A stretch of 64,000 bases of DNA from Balamuthia mandrillaris (taxonomy: Eukaryota). Below, piece by piece: positions 10,484 through 20,298 of this stretch. A program made the translations under genes and the position numbers. The first letter of the stretch is position 1. The number at the start of each line of letters is the position of its first letter. The notes under the pieces are model-generated. The model saw only the letters and a list, made by a program, of their open reading frames with translations, searched no databases and was not told the DNA's origin. The stretch covers positions 1 through 64,000 of the forward strand of contig JAVKOQ020000063.1 in NCBI GenBank assembly GCA_031835245.2, read 5' to 3'.

Positions 10484-11240
10484 AAAAGCACAAATAAATA
10501 CAGGCAGAAATAACTTTCCAGATGTTAGTACTTGCTTTTGCCCCTTGCTAGGTTTATTTTGGAAAATGCCATTTTAACTATGCCCTTTTACAAGGTAAAT
10601 AGAGATGCAGAGTTGACATGGTTGTGTATTTTTCCACTGAGACTTCCAAGTGGTTGTTCTTGATAGGCTCCTGGCATTCTGTTATTTACAAGATATTACC
10701 ATTTGATGTGTAAGTACTAGGCTGGGTACAGCTTTCTTACTCAATGAGCAAGATAGACTATAACAATTTGAGAGAACACCCAACTGTGAAGACGATGGAG
10801 ATAGATAGACAACATTGTAAACAAAACTCACTGCTTAGAGCAGTTAAGCAAACTAGCTTGGGAGGTGTATGAACCAAAAATTCCCTCATCCAATAATACA
10901 CTGGAGGCGCTAATATAGTAATTGCAAGGACAATGACAATGACAGTGACAACAGCAATTGCAAGGACAATGGTAATAATAATATAACCATGACTATGGCA
11001 ATATGACAAGTGCAATAGTGTAGGCAAAGGAAAAAGAAAGATCACAAAAAAATCAAACTCTCTTACAAATCAATAAAAACATACTTGTCACTACTTTCAT
11101 GTACAAAGCCAAAAAATAGTCTGTATTCATAATACATCAAACAATACTATCCAACAACAATGAATTACTGTATCAAATAAGTAAACAAAGGCAAGAGGAG
11201 AACTTTCAAGATAGATAACTTTAATCAAAGGTAAAACATA

Positions 11241-11528
11241 AACCCTGTAAATCAAGCAAGTAAACGATTCTGGGTTGATTCATAGGAAAAGAGGTATAGA
11301 CCAAAGTGTATGTGTTGGAAAACCAACTATTTCTTTCATAATGACTTCCTGTCAACACTCTCTCACAACACATTCAAAGTACACACTTTGATTCACATCC
11401 CTTTTCTTGTTCTTAAAATAAACCCAGAGTGGCTTACATGCCGTCCCTTTCTTGGTCTGTGGGGTTATTCCCTATCAACATTTGCATGTGTCTGAGGAAA
11501 AAGGGAAAATAAAAGTAGTGAGAAAATT
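11241..11528 (-). mobile_element. Older LTR remnant of the same family, split by the 11313-11480 LTR
   Basis: 11241-11312 and 11481-11528 match consecutive parts of LTR 1-200. Confidence 0.7.
11313..11480 (+). mobile_element. Degenerate solo LTR (internally deleted) of the same family
   Basis: TGTTGGAAAACCAACTATT...GGTTATTCCCTATCAACA matches the reverse complement of 1-200. Confidence 0.88.
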
Positions 11529-12215
11529 TAGCTTATGGTCTGGCCAGTTAAGTTGAATGAAGAAAAGGAGAAAAGGAAGGAAGAAGGCAAAGCAAAAGGG
11601 ATGAAAGGGAATGTATGAGCAAAAATAGACCATAATAACAACAGTCATCTGACATACACTGAAAAGATCTACTGAATGCCTTATCATAGGAAAAGGAAAG
11701 AGAGAAACAGGTAAAATAAAAAAAAAACTTGACCTTTCATAAATCTCATTCTCATTTAACTAACCTTGTATTAGAATGGCCCATTTCTTCATCATTATTT
11801 GCCTTCTTTTTCTTCTTTATCTTTTTATAAAGATGAAAAAAGAGAAGGCCAAATCACAGGAAAAGTATACTCCCTCTGCCTCTTCCTTTCCCTCTGCTAC
11901 AGTGTTTTGATTGTACATATATTAGATTGATGTTAATTAAATTGAAAAGCATTCAAGGGTTCTAGTTCCTCAGACATGCCCTTTGCTTGCTATGTTCTTT
12001 TTTATAAAAAGAGGCATTGTGAGATTAAGAAATAATTTTAAAAAAATCTCTTTCTTTGTAAGCTTTTTCAAGATAGATGATAAATGGAGGAGAGATCAGA
12101 AAGAGGGGAGAGGAGAGCAGAACCAAAGAAACATAACCATTTAAGTGTCAAATGCTTTTTATTGCAATAACTTGACTCCAGTCTATGATCTTGCTGGTTT
12201 TTAAGAATGACTTTT

Positions 12216-14564
12216 TTAACGTCTTCGCCTTCCACCACGGGATGGAGCAGGAGCAGGGGTATCATCTTCTTGTGGTTTGGCATTCTTGATGGTTTCGTCC
12301 ACAGAGAGTACCAGACATGCAGCCTCTGTGGCAGCAGTAATGCTATTATGCTTAACCAGACTGGGTTCCCACACAAAACTATCATAGGTATTGCAAATGT
12401 CCTCATTTCTAATGTCAACTCCAAACCAGGTTCCTCCTTCTGCACAAGGCAAGATAAGTATGAACCATGGTAAACAGGAATTGAGTCAGTACCTTGAGCA
12501 TGTCGCTGTCGGAGCTTGTTCAAAATATCTGTGGAGTCAAAGCCGGCATTCTCTGCAATTTGACGAGGGATGACCTCCAAGGCCTTAGCATAGGCATTAA
12601 TGATTAACTGTTCCTTGCCATGAATTTCTCTGGAGTAATTCCTCAGATATTTGCTAAGCTCCATCTGAAATTGAAATGAAGGATTAATACCAAAGGGAAG
12701 AAATAAGGAATGGGCAGCTTACCTCAATTGCTCCTCCTCCACCAACAACCGAGCTATGCTTACGAGCACGTCGAACAATCATGATAGCGTCATGAATTGA
12801 CCTCTCGGCTTCTTCTATGAACTGGTCACCGCCACCACGGATAACGATTGTTGCAGTTTTTGCCTGACCACAATGTAATGTTTAATACATAATAAAAAAT
12901 AAACCGAAGCGAGAAAATAACTAACCTGAGGACACCCAGTGATAAAGTTGTATCTCTCACCACCGACTTGACGTTCCTCGAATGTTTCACATGTTCCTAG
13001 AACAGCAGGAACAAGATTATTGACAGTTGTCTGAACAGCAGCACCTGTTGCCTTGGAAAGTCTGTTAAGGTCCTGTTTCACCAACAAGAAAGAACAAAAA
13101 TATCAGCATTTAAACAGGTTCCTATAACGAAAGGGCAATTTGACCTCTTGAGGTACTCGACCACCGCAGAACACGCCCCTATCAGCGAAATACTGCGTTG
13201 CCAAATCGCCAATAGGAAGCCTAGAAAACACCACTTTGGCTCCAGATTTGACGATTAAGTCTAACTTTTCATAAATAATTTTCCACTCGGCATCAACCAT
13301 AGATTGGTAGGCCTGTCATCAACAAAAGTAAGGAATGGAGGTGATCAATAACACAATCCTATTTTTGTTAACCCAGACAAAATGAAAAGCTTACCGCAGG
13401 GTCCTCCACTCTGATTTCAGCGTTATCCTTTTCTGCCTTCAGCTCCAACTCCAGATTCAGCAAAAGAATTTGTGGATTCTGAAATTTTTTGGGCTGTTGC
13501 TCAAATCCTGCATAGGAGAAACACTTCTTGAAGGCCACGCCTTGCACGAGCATTGAATCCTACAGAGAGCAACCTTCAAGTTAATGACGCTCCCACAGAC
13601 AAACTTGCTGGCAGGAGAGATTGACGCACTTCCATGGAGCCACCCTTTTCTTTTTTGATACCAATGAGGTCAAGGTCCATGTCATCATCGAGGGAGAGAA
13701 CAGCGTCCACAATGATTTTTGAAAAGAAGCCACCATGGCTGCCAATAAGTTTGGAGTTCAAAGCGGTAGCGGCACATTTTTCCAAAACGTCTCGCATTTC
13801 CCTACATGCATGGCAAAAAGAATGTATTCAGCGTGACTCGTGAAAACAAAACACCAAAATGAAATAAACGTTGTCAACTTACGCCTTTGCATCCTTGCCG
13901 GCAAGAGGGATCGCCAATTCCCTGATTTTCTCCCGTGCCTGTATTTGTAAGCATATGAGCGTTGCTTCAAAAAAGAAAGACAGGTAGAGAGGCGAACACA
14001 AACCAACTGGCAGGCCCTTCTAAAGCCGCGAATGATAACAGTAGGGTGGACGCCTTCCTCTACAAAGGCCTTGGCTTCCTTTAAGAATTCACCAGCCAGT
14101 ACAACAACGCTAGTGGTACCATCCCCAACCTCTTCATCTTGGGACTTGGCAATATCAACTAGGGTTTGTGCCGCAGGGTGCGCTATGTCTAGGAGTTTCA
14201 TAATAGTGGCACCATCATTAGAGATAGTGGTGCCCCTGCCTTGGTAAACCAATTTGTCCATTCCGCGAGGGCCGAGAGTAGAGCGGATGATTTCAACGAT
14301 TGCGTTGCAAGCGTTGATGTTGCTTATAAGTTGTGCTTTTCCTTGGGAGGTGTCAGTTCCCTCCTTGAGGAGGATAATGCTCGGTTGCTACGGGTGGGGG
14401 GAAGAGGGAGGAGCAAAACTTTAGACAACCACAACAAAAAAAAAAGAGTACACCGCAAAAGAAGCACTACACTTCACCGCTAAAACGGGGTCCCGCCTGC
14501 GACTACACACTCGGAAACAAAAAAAAAAAAATCAAAAACGTACCAACATGGAGGAGAGGTTCAT
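12216..14564 (-). CDS. CCT7: T-complex protein 1 subunit eta (multi-exon)
   Basis: [60 protein letters not shown]; exon 1 MNLSSML at 14564-14544. Confidence 0.96.
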
Positions 14565-14745
14565 CTTGGAGGTGTGTGAGCGCCGTGCGTGACAGTGAGT
14601 GAGTGAGGGAGGGAGTTTTTTTTTTTTTTTTTTGTTTTGGGGTGGCTGCTCCTCGTGCGTTCTCGAGAACGGTGGTGAACATTAGAGTTGAGGGAATAAA
14701 ATAATTTTCAACATATTTTAATTATTATCAAAAATCAATAAAAAA

Positions 14746-15768
14746 TCAAAAACCAATTTTCACGTCCTCATGGTCGCGACGGAAGAAGGGGATCGTCCAC
14801 CGAACAAGATAAGTCTTCTCTGCAAATGTCCAGGTTGTTGGCGAATCCAACCTGTGCTCAAAGTACAGTTTGAACTGTGCAATGTGAGCATGGTTGTTTT
14901 GATCTAATAAATCGATGTCTGTGTTGAACGGGAGGAAATCCATCATCTCTCGCAATTCAGCTTGATCAAGACGGGCACGCTTGACAGTCACAATTAAAAC
15001 GTGGTCATTGCTGTCATCCCAGTCCACTTCAAATGACAGCCCAGGCAACTGGCGAAAGAATAAAAAAAGGGAACGACTTGTGGTAATATGCCACATAAAA
15101 AGTTTTATATTTATAGGAGAGATTCCTTGCAGCGAGGATGAAAGAGAGGAGGAAGAGGAGGAGGAGGAGGAGGAGGAGGAGGAGGAGGAAGAAGGGTTTT
15201 CTTCGCAGCGTCTCCTCTTAATAGGCGGGCTCCAAGGGTCAAAAGAAGCAGTGTTGTGGTACACAGTGACCTCTTCTGCTTCTTCTTCTTCTGGTTCTTC
15301 CTCCTCATCCTCTTCTGCTTCCTCTTCTTCATTCCTCTGTGCTTGAACGGACGGAACTGAGGCAGTTGGAGTGGAAGTGGCTTAAAAAAAAACCAGTCAC
15401 AAAAATAATCTTCAAATAAAGTAAAAAAAAAAACTTACGTTGTGAAACAGCAGTTTGAGGAGGTACACCACACATTTGCTGGCGCAACTGAAGAAGATTT
15501 GGAAGCATAGACGCTAATAAAAAGAAAGATGAGAAAAAGATGAGAGATAATAGCACCAAGTTAAAAAAATCATACCTGCTTTTTGTGTGTTTTGGGTCTT
15601 TTCTTGGGTTTGTTTTTTGAGAAGATTCCATTTTTGTAAAATAGCACGCTCAGAACGGCGGGTGAGTTTGTCTTTAAGCTCAGCAAAGGCGTGCTCAGTC
15701 AACTCGGGCCCTGTTTTTTTGTACACATCTGTGATGATTGTTGTTTCTTGTGTGTTCCACTTGGGCAT
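14746..15768 (-). CDS. Transposon accessory protein: Myb/SANT-like N-terminus, acidic/Ser linker, HSP20-like C-terminus (predicted 300 aa, 3 exons)
   Basis: Exons 15768-15576, 15513-15439 and 15380-14746 join in frame via GT-AG introns; KWNTQE...RRSERAILQKWNLLKK. Confidence 0.8.
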
Positions 15769-15911
15769 ACTGCAGTCTGGTTGTACAAAAAAAAAACATC
15801 GTGCGGGTTGCAAAAAATTCTACTTAAATCATCCTCCGGAAAATTAAAATATAATCAATTACGAAAAATTTTCCTTTACTCCCGTCAAGGAAAAAAAGCG
15901 GTTCCTGTTTG

Positions 15912-16212
15912 CTGCTCAAAACACGCTCAAAACACGCTCAAAACACACACAAAACACATTCGGAGTTTTTGAAATTTCATCTGATAGACGAATCAAAAAT
16001 CAAAAAAAACAAATTTTGAATTATGATTGGAAAAATTCAAATAAATTTCGGAGCTTGTGAATGTGTTTTGTGTGTGTTTTGAGCATGTTTTGAGCGTGAT
16101 TTGAGTGTGTTTTGTGCAGAAGCAAAAAACCGACCTGGAAAATATCCCCGATTATTTTCCGGTTTATTTCTCCGGTTTATTTCTCCATTATTTTCTCCGA
16201 TTTTATTTCTCC
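15912..16212. repeat. Internal inverted array of 11-bp units plus a ~13-bp tandem array between the two transposon genes
   Basis: (CTCAAAACACG)n at 15915-15960 mirrored at 16060-16118; TATTTCTCCGGTT-like units at ~16151-16212. Confidence 0.85.
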
Positions 16213-16330
16213 TTTTAAGCTTTTTATCCGTTATAGGCAATTATTTCAAAAAGCGATAATATATTTGAGTAACTTTTTCTTCATAACACAAATTTTGACA
16301 ATTATCATCAATAAGTTTAGAACGAAGAAG

Positions 16331-17305
16331 ATGGAAGAGTTTTTTTTGTTGCTTTCAACAGCAGAAACACTTATTCAAAACGTTACAGAAAGAACATGGC
16401 GAGCACACTTTGGAGCTAGCTTTGAAACCACTGCCATTATTTGGGACATATTGAAAAGGTTTAAGTTTGAGCGTCCGTTGAAACCAAAGTACCTATTGTG
16501 GGCTCTTTATTTTTTAAAGGTCTACCCCACTGAAGATGTTGCCTGTTCATTTTGTTCTTGCACCCCAAAGACCTTTCGTTACTGGGTTTGGACTATCATC
16601 AAGGCTTTGGCTTCTCAGTTATCATTTGATATGTTTCAGGTTCATCTTTTTTGTTATTGTTTTTGATTTGATTTTGTTTTTTGTTTTTTTGTTTTATTTT
16701 GTTTTCCTTTTTTTCTTGTTGTTGGGTTTTGACTTTAGCATTTGTTTGTCTCACCTTTTTCTTTTTAGCAATTTGTTCAAGCTCACCACACTTCAAGAAC
16801 AGGAATCACAGGTATTGTGGATACCACCGAGTGTCCAATTCAGCGACCATCTGGTGTTAAAACACAACGCAACTTCTATTCTGGCAAAAAGAAAAAACAC
16901 ACACTTAAGTATGAGCTTGTTTTGGACCTTTCCACAGAGCTCATAACTTGGGTGAGTGGCCCTTATGCTGGCCGAGTACATGATTTAACGATTGCACGAG
17001 AAGGGCTTCTTCCTTATGTGGGACAACAAGAGCTTCTTTTAGGTGATAAGGCCTACCAAGGCGAATCTTGTTTTCTTACACCATTCAAAGGACATGTAAC
17101 TGGTACTCTTTTAGAGTTTAACCAAGTTCATGGAGGAGAACGTGTTGACATTGAAAGGGCCATTGGTCGTTTAAAAAGCTTTTCTTGCTTGACCATCCCT
17201 TGGCGACACTCATTAGACAACCACAGCGCTTGTTTTCTTACGGTGGTTTGCTTAGTAAATTTGGACTTGTGTTTTTTTCCTTTAAATAAAAACTGTCAAA
17301 CTTAA
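16331..17305 (+). CDS. DDE transposase (DDE_Tnp_4/Harbinger-like; predicted 281 aa, 2 exons)
   Basis: Exons 16331-16639 and 16769-17305; VDTTECPIQRP, FYSGKKKKHTLKY, GRVHD, GDKAY, RVDIERAIGRLK; catalytic D-D-E intact. Confidence 0.93.
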
Positions 17306-17471
17306 CTCGTTCCCTCAACTCTATTCGTGTAGACATGGGGAACTCCCAAAAAAAAAAAAAAAACCAACAAAAACAGAAAAACAAAAAAACAAAACCCGTG
17401 TCGACAACAGCAGCAACAACCAGAAAGGAAGGAAGGCTCCTTTCCTTTGCCTGCCTCCTCTGCTATGAGCC

Positions 17472-19937
17472 ATGAAGGTGACCGCCAGTTCACAAAATAG
17501 CCTGCCCTCTGCGCCAAGCGCAACAGCAACAACCATGGAAGAGTCACCTGGTGCCACACCACAGTTAGGGGACCTTTTTTCTTCTCTCTCGCGCAAGTTC
17601 TCCAGCCTAGGGCTGGCCTCCCACCACCACTCCGAAAACCGAGCAGAGGAAGAGCAAAAGGGGGAGGAAGAAGAGGAAGAAGAAAGGGGACTTTCTCCAA
17701 AAGAACGAGTCCCTCCAGCAGCAACAGAGACACAGAGAAACAAACTCCAGAATAAAACCCAGCACAGCGCCCAACATTTTGTTCCGAGCAGTAGTAACGC
17801 TACGTACGTATGTGCATAATATTATGTCAGTTAATGTTTAGATGAGCCTTTGTCTGTTTTTTTCGAGGTTGTTACTCATTGCCCGTTCTATATTGCAATT
17901 GGTAGGACTTCGCTTACCCATCATTTTGATAAAAGCTTCTTTGCCAAGTTTAGAACCTACTCAGCTTCAACCACTACCTCAACACCTATTTCCAGTGTTA
18001 TCGCCACACGTCCGCAGTGCGTCATCTTTCATTCTTTACCTGCCACTGTTATTCTTGTTCTTGCTCTTTTCTTATTCTTATTCTTATTCTTATTCTTATT
18101 CTTATTCTTATTCTTATTCTTATTCTTATTCTTATTCTTATTCTTATTCTTATTCTTATTCTTATTCTTATTCCTGTTCTTATTCTTCTTGCTGTCGTTT
18201 ACCGATTTTAACGGTTGCAGCAATTTGGAGCCGAAGAAGGAATCAGAACACTTAAAGCACTTACAACAATATGAAGAAATGCTTCGCAAGTACAAGAAAA
18301 GAGGTGAGTTCCGCTTTGACAATACTGCATGCATAGACTGTAGCTGAGGTGCTCTTCGATGCAGAGAAGCAGAAAGCAAGAGAGTTGCAGAAGTTCCGAA
18401 AAGCAAAACTGGAGAAGGAAGACCGGCTTTTACGTTCCCGTCATACGTGGCAAACAGAGCTTCTTCCCAATTGGGATCAAGTGTGAGTATCCGTGATGAG
18501 GGTGAAACTTTCAGCGCTCTTGATTGTTAATTTGCTTTATGTATCTCGATATTTCAAAGGCGGAACACCCGCAAGGCCAAAGATATGCTGTGGCAGGGTG
18601 TGCCACCAAAGGTTAGATCCAGTCTTTGGCCTTTAAGCCTTGGTAACAAACTTGGAATAACGCAAGGTTTGTATTAGGCCGATATAAAGAGAGCGCTTAT
18701 CCCTCTGTTCGTCCGTACTAATAATGTACTAACCACCGCCAGAGCTTTATGACAACCTGTTGCAAAAGAGCCCTGCTGCCAGGCAGCGGCTACACGAGAG
18801 AGGATTGGAGAAAGATGAATGTGAAAACTACTCAACAGAGATGGAATCTTTTGCTAGCAACAAAGAGAGCACTGTTCACTTGATTACATTAGACCTCCCA
18901 CGAACATTCCCGTGTCTTAGCTTCTTTCAAGAGGGAGGTCCTTCGCATGCCCCCCTTGCCCAAGTGCTGGAGGCCTATGTATGCTTCAGACCGGAAGTTG
19001 GCTATGTACGCTGCATGCCTGTCTGTCACTGAAATATGTTTCTGACCTTTGAAATTTTGTTTTTGCTTGACCAGGTACAAGGCATGTCCTACCTTGCAGC
19101 TGTTTTGCTTCTGTACTTAGACCCGTTACCTGCTTTCACTTGCTTGGCAACACTACTAGACAGACCCCTGTTACTCTCATTCTATCGTATGGATATGAAT
19201 GAAGTAAGTTGTTCCTCGATTGTGTTGTTTGCTTGTGTTGAAATGGTGCTAAACCCAGGACGTGTAGATAGCAGCTTATACGGCCGTACTAAATATCTTG
19301 ATGGAAGAGTTCTTGCCAAACATAGCCAAACACCTTCGCGCATTAGAAATCGACACGAACTTGTACATAATGGATTGGTAGTGTGCTATTCGCCTTGTTT
19401 GCCACGCTTCGACTAATACTAAACGCCACAACGTCCACTTTCTTCCAGGTTTTTGACTCTCTTTAGCAAAAGTCTCTCACTGGACGTGGCCACACGAGTG
19501 TGGGATCTATATTTTGAAGAGGGAGACCTTTTTCTGTTTCGAACAGCCCTGGGCTTGCTTTCCTTGTTCTCTTCTGAACTTCTCCAAGGCTCTTTTGATG
19601 AATGCTTGCAGCTTTTGACGCATCTACCTTCCGTAAGCATACCTTTCCTCGCCTTGCTGTCTCATAATACTAACTTATTTATGTCGCCTTTCCTTTTGCC
19701 TGCCTGCCTGCCACGTAAACTATGGGGGTTATCATTTAACTGCAGGATCTGGACGGTGATGCCCTATTCAAGTGTATTGCGGAGATAAAACCTAGTGACA
19801 AGCGGTGGATTGATCTTCTCGCTCAATTCCATCTGCCCACCGACACCTCCACCAACACCAACAGCTCCCCCAGCAGCAGTACTACTCTGACTGCCACTCC
19901 GGCGGCTAGCAAGGCCTCTGGCTATCGCTCAGCGTGA
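17472..19937 (+). CDS. TBC-domain Rab GTPase-activating protein (TBC1D12/14-like; start uncertain)
   Basis: WQGVPPKVRSSLW, ITLDLPRTFP, RPEVGY|VQGMSY, ATRVWDLYF; SNLEPKKESEHLKHLQQYEEM. Confidence 0.88.
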
Positions 19938-20298
19938 CGCCACACTTGACAGTCAATCATGGTTGATGGGAGAGGCCTTCCGCTACCCGCCGCGTTTAGC
20001 AGCAGCAGGCCAATACTTGGCCCGCGCGTTGCGGGTGGTACGGTCAAAAAAGGGGGGGGGCAGCCCCAATATGGCAATTGTCGGCAATAAAAAGCCAAAG
20101 CAGCACCTTAAAACACAAAAGTAGGGGCAACAGGGAGAAGTTTGGGCTTGCTTCTTCTTCCTCCTTTCCTTGCCCCCCATATTGGGTGTTCGCCATAGTG
20201 CTCCTTTCTTCATTGTCTTCCCAACCAGCAATACAAGTAGCAGCAGCAGCAGTAGCAGACTCCGTAGCGCAACCATAGATACCCAAGAGAGGCAAGGA

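Larger units (their letters stand above)
14684..17322 (+). mobile_element. PHIS-superfamily (PIF/Harbinger-related, Pangu-like) DNA transposon, 2639 bp
   Basis: Perfect 13-bp TIRs AGAGTTGAGGGAA (14684-14696) / TTCCCTCAACTCT (17310-17322), 3-bp TSD ATT (14681-14683, 17323-17325), two divergent genes, AT-rich relative to flanks. Confidence 0.93.

Noticed and set aside
9890..10590. Possible MITE termini (AGAATGGCATTTT / AAAATGCCATTTT)
   Set aside because: Match is short and gapped, with no TSD found
15912..16212. Repeat arrays as a CRISPR-like array or guide-RNA locus
   Set aside because: Units are directly tandem with no unique spacers, and no Cas/TnpB/Fanzor RuvC motifs occur in either transposon gene
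18482..18560. Intronic C/D snoRNA (GTGATGA box)
   Set aside because: No CTGA D box or terminal stem, and the intron is too short; no tRNA or rRNA genes were recognised anywhere in the window
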